64,000 nucleotides of DNA from assembly GCA_963746845.1 (NCBI GenBank), contig CAVVCZ010000004.1, forward strand, positions 832,001-896,000, given 5' to 3'. Source of the DNA: an uncultured Chloroflexia bacterium (lineage in GTDB: Bacteria > Chloroflexota > Limnocylindria > Limnocylindrales > CSP1-4). Shown piece by piece: positions 20,501 to 31,512 of the stretch. Position 1 is the first letter of the stretch, and every line of letters starts with the position of its first letter. A program made the translations under genes and the position numbers. The notes beneath the pieces were generated by a model. The model saw only the letters and a program-made list of their open reading frames with translations, was not told the origin of the DNA and did no database searches.

Positions 20501-20648
20501 GTGACAGATCGTCGCGGGGTGACGACCAGGCACGATCGACCGCCCGAATCCGGCCCGGCGTCGGCCCGCTCGAGCGTGGGACCGTGCCTGAAGATCTCTA
20601 ACACCCGTGCCGACGGTGCCTCGTCGACACCCGGTGACGATCTGTCAC
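20501..20648. repeat. 148-bp element bounded by 40-bp imperfect inverted repeats (MITE/REP-like or structured RNA)
   Basis: 20501-20540 versus the reverse complement of 20609-20648 match at 33/40 positions; the outer 13 bp are perfect (GTGACAGATCGTC). Confidence 0.75.
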
Positions 20649-20720
20649 CGGATCGCGGCGGGCGGCGCGTCTGCCGACACCCGACGACGAGACGGCAGGC
20701 AAACGCGGCGGCCGGCCGGG

Positions 20721-20750
20721 AATCGAACGACCCCGGGCGGGCCGGGGTCG
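20721..20750 (-). terminator. Intrinsic terminator after rplS
   Basis: CGACCCCGG-5nt-CCGGGGTCG followed by TTCGATT on the minus strand. Confidence 0.6.
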
Positions 20751-20769
20751 ACGGGCTGTGGCGGGAGGC

Positions 20770-21120
20770 TCAGCGAGCGGTCCGGCGCTCCCGGAGCGTC
20801 GCGGCCTTGCCGACGCGGTCGCGGAGGAAATACAGCTGGGCCCGGCGGACCTGGCCGTGGCGGACGACCTCGATCTTGTCGATCCGGGGGCTGTGGATCT
20901 TGAACGTCCGCTCGACGCCGACGCCGCTGGCGATCCGACGGACCGTGATCGAGCGGGTGATCCCGCCGCCGCGGAGGCGCATCACGATGCCCTCGAACAC
21001 CTGGATCCGCTCGCGGTTGCCCTCGATGACCTTCGCCGACACCTTGACCGTGTCACCCGAGGCGATCTCGGGGAGGTCCGTGCGGAGCTGGTCGGAGACG
21101 ATCTCGTCGAGGACGTTCAC
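20770..21120 (-). CDS. rplS: 50S ribosomal protein L19
   Basis: GDTVKV...ERIQVFEG...GVGVERTF...[10 protein letters not shown]; promoter TGcTATACT at 21202-21210. Confidence 0.98.
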   Translation of the reverse strand: MNVLDEIVSDQLRTDLPEIASGDTVKVSAKVIEGNRERIQVFEGIVMRLRGGGITRSITVRRIASGVGVERTFKIHSPRIDKIEVVRHGQVRRAQLYFLRDRVGKAATLRERRTAR

Positions 21121-21299
21121 TGGGCGTTCCTTGTGCGTCGTCGGCAGCCCGAAGCTGCAAGCGGAGTCGGGAGTCAGGCCGAACCGATCGACCGGCGGCG
21201 GAGTATAGCATGACGACCGCGTGCGCCCGCTCGCTGGAGGAGGAGCCATCCCGGTGGCTTGGGGAGCGGGATCGAGGCGCCGCGGTCGCTCCGCCCGGG

Positions 21300-21971
21300 T
21301 CAGTCCGGGAGCAGGTCCGGTCGTCGCTCGCGGGTCCGGATGCGGGCCTGCTCCGCGCGCCAGCGCGCGACGGCGCCGTGGTCTCCGGAGGTCAGGATCG
21401 CCGGGACGTCCAGGCCACGGAACGTCGGCGGGCGCGTGTACTGCGGGTACTCGAGGAGCCCGTCGGCGAACGATTCCTCGGTCGTCGAGGCGTCGTCGAT
21501 CGCGCCGGGCAGGAGCCGGATCACGGCGTCGATGACCACGAGCGCGGGCAGCTCCCCGCCCGTCAGGACGTAGTCGCCGATCGAGAGCTCGAGGTCCACG
21601 AGGGAACGAACCCGATCGTCGACCCCCTCGTAGCGCCCGCAGACGAGGACGAGGTGCGTTCGGGCGGCAAGGTCGTGGGCGCGGGGCTGGCCGAAGACCT
21701 CGCCGGCGGGATCCAGCAGGATCACGAGCGAGTCGTCACGGCGGAGGGCGTCGATCCCCTCGGCGATCGGCTCGGGCCGCATCACCATCCCGGCGCCACC
21801 GCCGTACGGCGCGTCGTCCACGCTCCGGTGCCGCCCGAGGCCCCACTCCCGGAGGTCGTGCGTCCGGACCGTCGCGATCCCGCGATCCTGGATCCGGCCC
21901 GGGATGCTCTCGGCGAGCGGCCCGTCGATCATCGCGGGAAACAGGGTCAGGACATCGATCTCGAGCGTCAC
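21300..21971 (-). CDS. trmD: tRNA (guanine-N1)-methyltransferase
   Basis: [50 protein letters not shown]. Confidence 0.97.
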   Translation of the reverse strand: MTLEIDVLTLFPAMIDGPLAESIPGRIQDRGIATVRTHDLREWGLGRHRSVDDAPYGGGAGMVMRPEPIAEGIDALRRDDSLVILLDPAGEVFGQPRAHDLAARTHLVLVCGRYEGVDDRVRSLVDLELSIGDYVLTGGELPALVVIDAVIRLLPGAIDDASTTEESFADGLLEYPQYTRPPTFRGLDVPAILTSGDHGAVARWRAEQARIRTRERRPDLLPD

Positions 21972-22641
21972 GGGGCCTCCGAGCCGTCCGGCCGGCGTCC
22001 GCGGGCGACGCGGGCGGATCGACCGAACCCGCCGCTCGGCGACGCGAGCCCGGCCGACGCCGGGGCGCGCGTGGACGGTCCGGCCCGTTCGGCCGCGATC
22101 CGGATGGCGGCGCGAGGTCGAGGGCGTCGGTGTCCACGACGATCTCGCCGCGGCGCGGGGCGAAGATCCGGACGAAGTCGCGGACGCCGGGGACGTCGAA
22201 CTCGCCGTAGGGGCCGCCGTCGACGAGGTACACTTCGGCACCGCCGGAGCGATACACGTCCCGGACGGTCCCGAGCACCTCGCCGGTCGTCGACATGACC
22301 GTCGTGCCGACGACCTCGTGCCAGAAGTACGAGCCGCGTGGGAGGGCGGCGTCCGGACCCGCGTCGATCTCGAGGTACGCGCCGACAAGGGCCTCGGCCG
22401 CCTCGCGGTCGGTGACCTCCGCGAACTGCAGGCGCCAGCCCGGTCCGTCGGCGACCGCCGACGACCAGGTCACGGTCAATCGGTCGTCGGCGCCCTCCCG
22501 ATGCAGCAGGGCGCCCGGGGCGTAACGCTGCTCCGGCCGGTCGGTCAGGATCTCGACCCGGACGACACCGCGAAGCCCGTGCGCGCCGCGGACGAGAGCG
22601 ACGACCAGACGCCGATCTGCGGTGTCGGCCGGTTCGGCCAC
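21968..22641 (-). CDS. rimM: Ribosome maturation factor RimM (as written it reads through to 21736; probable 1-bp deletion near 21990)
   Basis: GAHGLRG...TDR...SYFWHEVVG...GEVLGTV (PRC barrel); adding one C at GGCCGG gives ...DAGPDGSEAP* with a GTGA overlap onto trmD. Confidence 0.88.
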
Positions 22642-22653
22642 GGAGGGCGTGCC

Positions 22654-22887
22654 CTAGAGGATCTCGAGCGAGACGGGCTCGCCATCGCGAGCCGCGGTCA
22701 CCTTGAGCAGGGTCCGGAGCGCCTTCGCGACGCTGCCGTTCCGCCCGATGACCTTGCCCATGTCGTCCTCCGCGACATGGAGCTCGATGACGGTCCCGCC
22801 CTGGTCCTGGACGACCTCGACCTTCACGGCCTCGGGGTCGTCGACGAGGGACTTGGCGACGTATTCGACGAGATCGGCTGCAGCCAT
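22654..22887 (-). CDS. khpA: KH-domain RNA-binding protein KhpA (YlqC)
   Basis: LVEYVAKSLVD.P...DMGKVIGRNG; rpsP-khpA-rimM synteny. Confidence 0.93.
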   Translation of the reverse strand: MAAADLVEYVAKSLVDDPEAVKVEVVQDQGGTVIELHVAEDDMGKVIGRNGSVAKALRTLLKVTAARDGEPVSLEIL

Positions 22888-22894
22888 CGGATCC

Positions 22895-23152
22895 CTACTT
22901 CTTCTCGGCCGGCAGGATGCCGGTGGACCGGAACAGACGGGCGACCGTGTCGGACGGCTGGGCGCCCTTCGCGAGCCAGGCCGTCGCCTTCTCGGCGTCG
23001 ATCTTCAGCTCGATGGGCTCCGTCCGGGGGTTGTAATGGCCGATCGTCTCGATCGCTCGGCTGTCCCGGGCGGATCGGGCGTCGGCGACGACGACGCGAT
23101 AGGTCGGCTGCTTGGTCGCGCCCACGCGCGTCAGCCGGATTCGGACTGCCAT
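22895..23152 (-). CDS. rpsP: 30S ribosomal protein S16
   Basis: [11 protein letters not shown]...YRVVVAD.R..RD...IG.YNP...GAQPSDTV. Confidence 0.98.
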   Translation of the reverse strand: MAVRIRLTRVGATKQPTYRVVVADARSARDSRAIETIGHYNPRTEPIELKIDAEKATAWLAKGAQPSDTVARLFRSTGILPAEKK

Positions 23153-23225
23153 GTGCGATTCGTTCCTCCTGGTCACCGCCGGCGTCTGGGGCGCCGGCCG
23201 GTTGGGCATGATGGGGCGACGGGGC

Positions 23226-25106
23226 CTAGTGCACCGTCAGCTGGCCCGACCCGCGATCGATCCCGCCGTCCTTGCGGACCGCGTTGATCAGCGCGTCGAA
23301 GTGCTCGAAGTAGGGCTTGTACTCCTGGTAGTTCGCCCACTTGTCGGCCGTGACGCTCTTCTGGATCAGCGGCTCGACGAGCGCGCGGATCCCGGAGATG
23401 TCGACGAACGACGAGGAGATGTTGTCGGTGCCGACGCGACCGAGCAGGCTCTTGAACCGCGCGTCGTCGGCGAGCGAGTTGCCGGGACCGGCGTCGAGGA
23501 CCGCCGCCACGAAGTCACGGCCGTAACCGACGACCGCGACGCTGTCATTGGCGGCCCAGGCGATCTCCGGCTTGTAGCCGGCGGGCAACCCCTTGAGGTC
23601 GACGCCGGACACCCCGCTGAAGTCCGCGATCGTGATGGTGGTGCCGTTGTGGTCCTCCGTCCGGACGGCGAGGCCCGTGGATCCGCCGGCCAGCTGGAGG
23701 TCCGCGGTCAGGACGCCGAGCAGCCGCTTGGCCGCGGCCGGGTCGTTGGCCTGGACGACGAGGCCGGCGCCGATCGTGCCGTCGGCGCCCGGGGAGACCG
23801 CCAGCGCGGCGTCGCCCCACCAGCCGAAGACGCCGTCGAAGCCGCCGAGAAGCGCCATCGCCTGGTCGATGGAGTCGAATGCCCCCTTCGCCTCCGGCAG
23901 GGCCCGGAACTTGCCGAGCAGGGCGGACAGTGCCGGACCCACGTCATGGACCTCTGCGTAGGCCACGGTCTTCGCCGGGAGGTGGCCGAGGACCCCGCTC
24001 TTGTGGTTGGTCGCGTCATAGCCGATCGACCACGGCGGGCTCGTGTGCGAGAAGGCCAGGGCGTCGTTCTCGAAGCGGATCGTCGAGGACTGCCAGGCCG
24101 GGATCATCGACAGCAGGGTCTCGTCGATCTGGGTCTTGTCGAGCGCGCCGGCGGCGGCCGATCCGACCATCGCGATGACCCCGTCGATGGCGGCCTTCGT
24201 CCGGACGAGGCTGAAGCCGACGTTGTCCTGATCGATCGAGGCCAGCGCCGCCTTGACGTCATCGTTCGCCCCGAACGAGCTATTCCCGTTCGTGTCCACG
24301 GCCGCCTTCACGGCGGCCTGCGTGCCGCCGAGCATCACCTTGTCGGTGATCGCGACCGCGATGCCCCCGCCCGGCGCGTCCGCGTTCACGTAGAGGTCCG
24401 CGCCGTTGTAGGTGGAGTGGTTCGTCGAGGCGGCGTCCACGACGGAGGTCAGCCAGGCGCCGGCCTTCGCGCGGTCCTTGATCGACACGGCGAACAGCAC
24501 ATTGTCCATCCCGGCCATCGCCGGCGCGCTCACGGCGTTGCCGGTGCCGCCCCCGCCGACGGTGCTCTGCGCGCTCGTCGAGGCACCGAGCGCCTTCACG
24601 TCGGGGAGCCCGACCCCGAGCGCGATCTGGCCACCGAACCACGGCTTGATGTCCGTCGTCCACGTCTGCTTGTCCTTCGACGCGGACTTCACGAGCCGGT
24701 CGAAGACGTCGTCGAGCTTGGCATCGAGCTGGGCCTGGTCGTCGAAGCCGGGCAGCGCGTTCTTCAGGAACTCGCCGAGCTTCTGGCGCTGGTCGCCGGG
24801 CAGGTCGAGACGCGCCTCGGCATAGACGAGGGTGGAGGCGGGCATGTAGCCCATCGCGATCGACGGGGTCGGACGACCGGCCGCCAGCGACACGACGACG
24901 GCGCTCGCACCGACCACGACGACGACACCGACGAGGGCGACCAGCCAGCGGAGGCTGTTCCGGCCGCGCCGTCCCGGTGCGGCGGTGGCGGGCGCCTCGG
25001 GCGCCGGCGTCGAGAGCTGATTCGGAACCGGTGCGGTCTGGTCCCAGGCCGAGGGCGGGATGTCCTCGATCGTGGTCCCGGCGTCCGGCCTGACGGGCTC
25101 GGTCAT
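23226..25106 (-). CDS. Membrane-anchored extracytoplasmic protein (DUF3352-like)
   Basis: One N-terminal TM helix ([21 protein letters not shown]), [11 protein letters not shown] motif, GC3-consistent 626-aa ORF with SD. Confidence 0.65.
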   Translation of the reverse strand: MTEPVRPDAGTTIEDIPPSAWDQTAPVPNQLSTPAPEAPATAAPGRRGRNSLRWLVALVGVVVVVGASAVVVSLAAGRPTPSIAMGYMPASTLVYAEARLDLPGDQRQKLGEFLKNALPGFDDQAQLDAKLDDVFDRLVKSASKDKQTWTTDIKPWFGGQIALGVGLPDVKALGASTSAQSTVGGGGTGNAVSAPAMAGMDNVLFAVSIKDRAKAGAWLTSVVDAASTNHSTYNGADLYVNADAPGGGIAVAITDKVMLGGTQAAVKAAVDTNGNSSFGANDDVKAALASIDQDNVGFSLVRTKAAIDGVIAMVGSAAAGALDKTQIDETLLSMIPAWQSSTIRFENDALAFSHTSPPWSIGYDATNHKSGVLGHLPAKTVAYAEVHDVGPALSALLGKFRALPEAKGAFDSIDQAMALLGGFDGVFGWWGDAALAVSPGADGTIGAGLVVQANDPAAAKRLLGVLTADLQLAGGSTGLAVRTEDHNGTTITIADFSGVSGVDLKGLPAGYKPEIAWAANDSVAVVGYGRDFVAAVLDAGPGNSLADDARFKSLLGRVGTDNISSSFVDISGIRALVEPLIQKSVTADKWANYQEYKPYFEHFDALINAVRKDGGIDRGSGQLTVH

Positions 25107-25125
25107 CGGATGACGTTCCTTCCCT

Positions 25126-26460
25126 CTAGCGCCGGCCCATCAGGCCGGACATCGCGGCTCGCTTGCCGCCTGCGCCACTGAACTGCTTCATGAGCTTCGA
25201 GAGCTCAGCGTGCTGCTTGATCAGTCGATTGACCTCGGTGAGGTCCGTGCCGGCGCCGGCGGCGACCCGTCGTCGCCGTGAGCCGTTGAGGACCGCGGGA
25301 TCGCGCCGCTCACGCGGCGTCATGGACTGGATGATCGCCTCGACGCGACGCAGGTCCCCGCGGTCGACGGCTTCCTGGGCCTGCTTCGCCATCCCGCCCA
25401 TGCCCGGGATCATGCCCATCAGCTGGCCCATCGGGCCCATCTTCTGGACCTGCTGGATCTGCTCGAGGAAGTCCTCCAGCGTGAACTGGGACTTCCGGAG
25501 CTTCTCCTCCATCTTCGCGGCCTGGTCCGCGTCGACGTGCTCCTGGGCCCGCTCGACGAGCGTCATCACATCGCCCATCCCGAGGATCCGGCCGGCGAGC
25601 CGGTCCGGATGGAAGACCTCGAGGGCGTCGGTCTTCTCGCCGGTGCCCATGAACTTCACCGCGAGCCCGGTCACCGCGCCGATCGACAGCGCGGCACCGC
25701 CACGGGCGTCGCCGTCGATCTTCGTGAGGACGAGCCCGGTGACCGGCACCGCGTCGCGGAAGGCCTGGGCGACGGTCACGGCCTCCTGGCCGGTCATCGC
25801 GTCGACGACGAGGAGCGTCTCGACCGGGTGGACGGCCGCATCGACGGCGGCGATCTCGTCCATCAGCGCCTGGTCGACGGTCAGCCGCCCGGCCGTGTCG
25901 AGGATGACGACGTCCCGGGTGAGCCGGCGCGCGGCGTCCACGCCGCCCCGGGCGATGTCGACGACCGGCGTCCCGACGGGCGCGCGATGGACGGGGATGT
26001 CGAGGGCCTTGCCGAGCGTCTCGAGCTGGTCCGCGGCGGCGGGACGGTACGGATCCGCGGCGACGAGGAGCGGGCGGCGGCCCTGCCGGACGAGGTGGCG
26101 GGCGAGCTTGGCGGACGACGTCGTCTTGCCGGAGCCCTGGAGGCCGACCATCGCGACGACCGCCGGGTTGCCGCTCAGATGGAACGTCCGGTCCCCGGCG
26201 CCGAGCAGCGCGACCAGCTCGTCGTGGACGATCTTCACGATCTGCTGGCCGGCGGTCAGGCTCGCCAGGATGTCGGCCCCGACGGCCTGCTCCCGGACGC
26301 GGGCGACGAAGTCCTTGACGACCTTGAAGTTGACGTCCGCCTCGAGCAGCGACAGCCGGATCTCGCGCATCGCCGCGTCGACATCCGCCTCGCTGACGCG
26401 GCCGCGGCCGGTCAGGTCGGCGAGGGTCTTGCGCAGGCGCTCACTCAGGCTGTCGAACAC
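25126..26460 (-). CDS. ffh: Signal recognition particle protein Ffh
   Basis: FDSLSERL, GLQGSGKTT, DTAGR, TKIDG.ARGGAA, RILGMGD, SMTP.ER. Confidence 0.98.
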   Translation of the reverse strand: MFDSLSERLRKTLADLTGRGRVSEADVDAAMREIRLSLLEADVNFKVVKDFVARVREQAVGADILASLTAGQQIVKIVHDELVALLGAGDRTFHLSGNPAVVAMVGLQGSGKTTSSAKLARHLVRQGRRPLLVAADPYRPAAADQLETLGKALDIPVHRAPVGTPVVDIARGGVDAARRLTRDVVILDTAGRLTVDQALMDEIAAVDAAVHPVETLLVVDAMTGQEAVTVAQAFRDAVPVTGLVLTKIDGDARGGAALSIGAVTGLAVKFMGTGEKTDALEVFHPDRLAGRILGMGDVMTLVERAQEHVDADQAAKMEEKLRKSQFTLEDFLEQIQQVQKMGPMGQLMGMIPGMGGMAKQAQEAVDRGDLRRVEAIIQSMTPRERRDPAVLNGSRRRRVAAGAGTDLTEVNRLIKQHAELSKLMKQFSGAGGKRAAMSGLMGRR

Positions 26461-26611
26461 GGTTCGGCTCGGGCTCCGTCGAGGTGGAGGACCGGATGTC
26501 GAGGCGCGGAGGCCACGACGTCCGGGTGGTGCGCGGGTTCTGACGCACCGAGGCGGCCGAAGTGTAGCGCAAGCCTCGTTCGGGGCCACCGGTACGTTCG
26601 GACCCCCGGGG

Positions 26612-27751
26612 TCAGGCGAAGAGTGCCGCCACGAACGCGTCCGGGTCGAACGGCAGGAGGTCGCCGGCCTGCTCCCCCACCCCGACGAACCGGACCGGCA
26701 CGCCGAGGTCGTGCTCGATCGCGAAGACGATCCCGCCCTTGGCGGTCGAATCGAGCTTCGTGAGGACGATCCCCGTCAGGCCGACCGCCTCGTGGAAGGC
26801 CTTCGCCTGCTGGAGCCCGTTCTGGCCGGTCGTCGCGTCGAGGACGAACAGGGTCTCCGGCTCGGCGCCCGGCAGGCGCTTGTCGACGACGCGCCGGATC
26901 TTCGTCAGCTCGTCCATCAGGTTGGACTTCGTGTGGAGGCGGCCGGCCGTGTCGGCGATGACGATGTCGACGCCTCGGGCGACAGCCGCGTCCAGGGCGT
27001 CATAGACGACGGCGCCCGGGTCCGCGCCGGGGGCGTGTGACACGACGGGCACGCCGGCGCGATCGGCCCAGATCAGGAGCTGGTCGATCGCGGCCGCACG
27101 GAAGGTGTCGGCGGCCGCCAACAGCACGGTTCGTCCTTCATGGGCATAGCGCGTGGCCAGCTTGCCGATCGTCGTGGTCTTGCCGGTGCCATTGACGCCG
27201 ACGACCAGGACGACGGCCGGCTGGCCCGCCCCGGCCGATCGCGGCGCCCAGTGGAGCCCGTCGCGGGGCACGAGCATGCCCGCCAGCTCCGCCCGGATCG
27301 CCGCCTCCGCCCCGGCGGGATCGCGCCGTCGCCTGGCACGCTCGACGACGTCCATCGCGAGCGCGGCGCCGACGTCGCCCGCGATCAGGGTCTCCTCGAC
27401 GTCATCCCACGACGGACCGTCGGGCCCACCGGAGAGCGCGCCGCGGAGAAGGGTCATGAACCCACCGCGCGTCCGCTCGAGCCCCTGCTCGAGGGCCTCC
27501 TCGATCTCGTCGTCCGTATCGGCGAAGAGCGGCTTGAAGGCGGCCGCCCGGGCGAGTGGGCTCGGGGTCTCCGACGGCGGGGCGGATTCGGCGGTCGCCG
27601 CGGATGCGACGACGGCATCCGGTGGCGCGGATCCACCCGCCTCCGCGTCGGGACCGAAGGCCGCCGGGTCGGGCTCGGGGGCGTCGAGGTCGATCTCGGG
27701 CGAGGCGTCCGGTTCGGTTTCCGGCTCGTCGCGCTTGCGGCGCCAGAACAT
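26612..27751 (-). CDS. ftsY: SRP receptor FtsY
   Basis: [33 protein letters not shown]. Confidence 0.97.
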   Translation of the reverse strand: MFWRRKRDEPETEPDASPEIDLDAPEPDPAAFGPDAEAGGSAPPDAVVASAATAESAPPSETPSPLARAAAFKPLFADTDDEIEEALEQGLERTRGGFMTLLRGALSGGPDGPSWDDVEETLIAGDVGAALAMDVVERARRRRDPAGAEAAIRAELAGMLVPRDGLHWAPRSAGAGQPAVVLVVGVNGTGKTTTIGKLATRYAHEGRTVLLAAADTFRAAAIDQLLIWADRAGVPVVSHAPGADPGAVVYDALDAAVARGVDIVIADTAGRLHTKSNLMDELTKIRRVVDKRLPGAEPETLFVLDATTGQNGLQQAKAFHEAVGLTGIVLTKLDSTAKGGIVFAIEHDLGVPVRFVGVGEQAGDLLPFDPDAFVAALFA

Positions 27752-30700
27752 CAGCCGACCCCGGCGAGCTCGTCGGCGGCCGCGGGCTCCTCGACCGTCT
27801 CGGCGCCCTGTCGATCGGCGATCGCGCGGGCCTCGTCCAGGCGCAGGCTGATCACCCGGCTGACGGAGTCGTCGCCGACCGTCACCCCGTAGAGCGCGTC
27901 GGCGGCCTCGATTGTGCCTCGGTTGTGGGTGATCACGACGAACTGCGTCCGATCGGCGAGCCCGCGCAGCGCCTCCGAGAACCGGCCGACGTTCGCCTCG
28001 TCGAGCGCCGCGTCGACCTCGTCGAGGACGCAGAACGGGACCGGCCGGACCTCGAGCATCGCGAACAGCAGCGCGACCGCCGTCAGGGCGCGCTCCCCGC
28101 CGGAGAGCATCGCCAGCGCCTGCGCCTTCTTGCCGGGCGGGCGGGCGACGATCTCGACGCCCGTCGCCGACAGGTCGTCCGGATCGGTCAGCGACAGCCG
28201 GGCGAAGCCGCCGCCGAACAGCTGCTGGAACCGGGCGTCGAACGCGGTCTCGAGCGCGGCGAAGGTCGTCCGGAACTGGTCCGCGATCATCGTGTTCAGC
28301 TCGGCGATCAGCCCGCGGGTCTTGTCGATCGCGGAGCGCAGGTCGACCCCTTGCGTCTCGAGGGTCTCGAGCCGCTCCTTGAGCTCGCGGTACTCGTCCA
28401 CCGCGAACGGGTTCGCGGCACCGAGCTCGTGGTAGCGGCGGCGAAGGGTGGCCAGGCGTCCCGGACCCGGCACGTCGGCGGGCGGGACGTCGGCGGCCCA
28501 GCGGCCGGCGACCGCGTCCAGCGCGGCTTCGAGGGCAGCGGCCTCGTCCGGCTCGACGGTCCCGTCCGGCTCGGTGGCCGGACCCGAGTCGGCCGATTCG
28601 TCGGTCGGCGACTCGGGTGCGACGAGCCCGGGCCCGACCGCGATCGGCACGACCCCGGCTTCCTCCTCGAGCCGGCGCCGGCCCAGCTCGCCGAGACCCG
28701 CGAGCTCGACCAGCAGCTGCTCGCGGAGCGCGTCGCGGCCCAACCGGGCCTCGAGGTCCGATCGGTCGGCGGCCCGCAGTCGCTCGTCCGCGGCTCGCAG
28801 CCGATCCCGGGCCGCCGCCGCCTCACGCTCGGCCCGGCCGAGGCGATCACGATCGGCCGCGTCCGCGGCGCGCGTCTCCGCGAGCGCGGCCGCGGCGCGT
28901 TCCTCGCGCTCGGTCAGCGTGGTCAGCTCCGTCGCAAGCGCCGATCGCAGCGCCGCAATCTCCTCCCCGCGCTCGGCGAGGCGCGACCCATCGCGCTCCG
29001 CGCGGACGATCCGCTCCTCGTCCATCGAGACGGTCGCCTCGGCCCGCGCCCGACGCGCCTCGGCCTCGCGCCGCGTCGCATCCACGGCCGCCTGGTCCGC
29101 GGCCAGGCGATCCCGTCGCGCGCGCAGGTCCGCGGCGCGGGCCTCCCAGGTTGCGATCGCGGCGGCCTCGTCCATGACCGGCCGGGCCGCGCCGGGGTCG
29201 CCGCCGGCGTCCGGCTCGGCCGACCACAGACCCTCGCCCTCGAGGGCCGTCGACGCCTCGCGCGCCCGGTCCACATCGGTCTCGAGCCGGGTGATCTGCG
29301 CCGCATGCCAGCCGGCCTCGCGCGCGACGGCCTCCAGCTCGCGCGCCGCCGTCCGCTCGATCTCCTCGATCCGCCGTCGGTCCGCCGCGGTCCGCGATTC
29401 GCCGGCCGCGGCCGCCTCGGCGGCCGCTCGAGCCGTCGCGACCTGGGCCCGTGCCGCGGCCGCCTCGTCCGTGGCCGCGGACGCCTCGGACGCGAGCCGT
29501 CCGACATCCGCCCGCAGCCGGTCGGCATCCGCGCGACGCTCGAGCGGCGCATCGCCTCGGCCCAGACGCACCGCGAGCTCGGTCACGATCGCGGACCCGT
29601 CGCGGCTCGCGATCGTCCAGCCGGCGGGCAGATCGGGCTGCAGACCGAGCGCCGTCGGGAGATCGTCGACGACCGCCGACCGGGCGAGGACCCGTGCAAC
29701 CGAATGACTCGGGTCCCGCCGGATCGCATCGGCGAGGTGCGAGCCGCCGGCCGCGGTGAGGCGGTCGATGAACCGACGCTCGGCCGCGGTCTGCGAGGCA
29801 GGCCAGTCGTCCGTCGTCGCCCGCTCACGCACGACGAGCACGCCGCGCTCGCCCGCGAGGGCGACCGTCGTGGCCGCGTCAACGACGTACGCCCGGGCAA
29901 GCTCGTCGAGGGTCGACTCGACCGCGGCCCGGAGACGCGGCTCGACCTGCAGCTCGTCGTCGAGACGCCGTCCGCCTCGACGCCGCGCGGCGCGCGCGAT
30001 CCCGCGCTCCTCGTCTTCGCGCAGCCGCGCGTCGAGCGCCTCGAGGCGCGCCCGCTGCGCCGCGAGGGCGGCAGCCAGACCTGCCTCCCGCTCCTCGGCC
30101 GATCGTCGTCGCGCGTCCGCTTCATCGGCCGCGGCGCGCGTCGCCTCCAGATCCCGGGCGGCGGCTCCGGCGGCGGCATCCGCGGCCTCCCGGGCGGCGC
30201 GCGCCTTGGCAACACGCCCATCGAGCTCCCCGCGCCGGGCATCGACGGCCGCGGCCGCGGCCCGCTCCGCGTCGAGGCGGCGGACCGCCTCGGCCAGACG
30301 CCGACGAGCGGTCTCGGCCTCCGCCTGGCGGGCTGTCTCGGCGCGGCGGATCGCGGCGGCCTCCTCGCCCCGGGCCCGACTCGCCGCCCGGAGCGACGCC
30401 AGCTCCCCGTTGGCCTCGGCCAGCAGCCGGTCGGCCTCCGCGACGGCGGCGTCGAGGTCCAGATCCCGCGGCGGCATCGGCACGGCCAGCCCACGGCGTT
30501 GCACGGCCAGCGACGCCTCCGCCGTCTCCCGTTCCTCGACCAGCCGGCGACGGTCGCGCTCGATCGCCTCGAGGTCCCCGGCAAGCCGGCTCTCGCGCAG
30601 CCGGAGCTCGGTCACGGCCGATCGCGCGGCCTCGTGGACGGCCAGGCGCTCCTGCTGTGTGGCCGCGCGCTCGCCGAGCTCGGCGGCGATCGCCCCTGCG

Positions 30701-31512
30701 GCCTCTTCGGCGGCCTGGAGCTCGGCCATCGCCCGATCGGCGTCGACCCGCTCCCGATCCACGCGAGCGGCCGCGACGGCCGCCCCGGCGGCCGCCTCGT
30801 GCCAGCGATTGTGGGCGACGACGAGCAGCGCCGTCGCGAGCTCGTCGCCGGCGGTCAGCCGGGTCGTCTGCTGCTCGGCCTGGGCGGCGAGCCTGCGAGC
30901 CTGCGGGCGGAGCTCGGCGAGGATGTCCTCGACCCGGGCGAGGTTTGCCTCGGACTCGGTCAGCTGCTCCTCGGCCTTGCGCCGGCGGCGCTCGTGGCGA
31001 CGAACCCCGGCGACCTCCTCGAACAGCGGGCGCCGCTCCTCCGGCCGGAGGGCGAGGGCCTGGTCGACCATCCCCTGGCCGATGAACAGGAACGCGTTGT
31101 CCGCGAGATGGGCGCCGTCGAGGAGATCGACGAGATCGCGGAGACGGATCCGCTGCTTGTTCAGGAGGTAGTCGTTCTCGCCGCTGCGATACAGCCTGCG
31201 CCCGAGCTCCAGCACGCCGAAGTCCACCGGCAGCAGACCGTCCGCGTTGTCGAGGACGAGGGTGACGTCGGCCATGCCGAGGGCGGAGCGCTTCTCGGAG
31301 CCCGCGAAGATCACGTCCTCGGACTTCCGGCTCCGAAGGGCCCGGCCCTGCTCGCCGAGGGACCAGCGGAGTGCGTCGGCGAGGTTGCTCTTCCCGGATC
31401 CGTTGGGACCGACGACGGCGCTGATCCCCGGGCCGAACTCGACGACCGTGCGCTCCGCGAAGGACTTGAAGCCCTGGAGGCGGAGCGCGAGGAGCCGCGC
31501 GGGGGCGGTCAT
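27751..31512 (-). CDS. smc: Chromosome segregation protein SMC
   Basis: GFKSFA, GPNGSGKSN, coiled coils, LSGGE, LDEVDAALD, ITH. Confidence 0.96.
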   Translation of the reverse strand: MTAPARLLALRLQGFKSFAERTVVEFGPGISAVVGPNGSGKSNLADALRWSLGEQGRALRSRKSEDVIFAGSEKRSALGMADVTLVLDNADGLLPVDFGVLELGRRLYRSGENDYLLNKQRIRLRDLVDLLDGAHLADNAFLFIGQGMVDQALALRPEERRPLFEEVAGVRRHERRRRKAEEQLTESEANLARVEDILAELRPQARRLAAQAEQQTTRLTAGDELATALLVVAHNRWHEAAAGAAVAAARVDRERVDADRAMAELQAAEEAAGAIAAELGERAATQQERLAVHEAARSAVTELRLRESRLAGDLEAIERDRRRLVEERETAEASLAVQRRGLAVPMPPRDLDLDAAVAEADRLLAEANGELASLRAASRARGEEAAAIRRAETARQAEAETARRRLAEAVRRLDAERAAAAAVDARRGELDGRVAKARAAREAADAAAGAAARDLEATRAAADEADARRRSAEEREAGLAAALAAQRARLEALDARLREDEERGIARAARRRGGRRLDDELQVEPRLRAAVESTLDELARAYVVDAATTVALAGERGVLVVRERATTDDWPASQTAAERRFIDRLTAAGGSHLADAIRRDPSHSVARVLARSAVVDDLPTALGLQPDLPAGWTIASRDGSAIVTELAVRLGRGDAPLERRADADRLRADVGRLASEASAATDEAAAARAQVATARAAAEAAAAGESRTAADRRRIEEIERTAARELEAVAREAGWHAAQITRLETDVDRAREASTALEGEGLWSAEPDAGGDPGAARPVMDEAAAIATWEARAADLRARRDRLAADQAAVDATRREAEARRARAEATVSMDEERIVRAERDGSRLAERGEEIAALRSALATELTTLTEREERAAAALAETRAADAADRDRLGRAEREAAAARDRLRAADERLRAADRSDLEARLGRDALREQLLVELAGLGELGRRRLEEEAGVVPIAVGPGLVAPESPTDESADSGPATEPDGTVEPDEAAALEAALDAVAGRWAADVPPADVPGPGRLATLRRRYHELGAANPFAVDEYRELKERLETLETQGVDLRSAIDKTRGLIAELNTMIADQFRTTFAALETAFDARFQQLFGGGFARLSLTDPDDLSATGVEIVARPPGKKAQALAMLSGGERALTAVALLFAMLEVRPVPFCVLDEVDAALDEANVGRFSEALRGLADRTQFVVITHNRGTIEAADALYGVTVGDDSVSRVISLRLDEARAIADRQGAETVEEPAAADELAGVG

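Noticed and set aside
21736-21971. Genuine 236-bp rimM/trmD overlap or a RimM-TrmD fusion
   Set aside because: The overlapping peptide is shadow-like, and a one-base correction restores a standard GTGA coupling, so it is treated as a probable sequence error.
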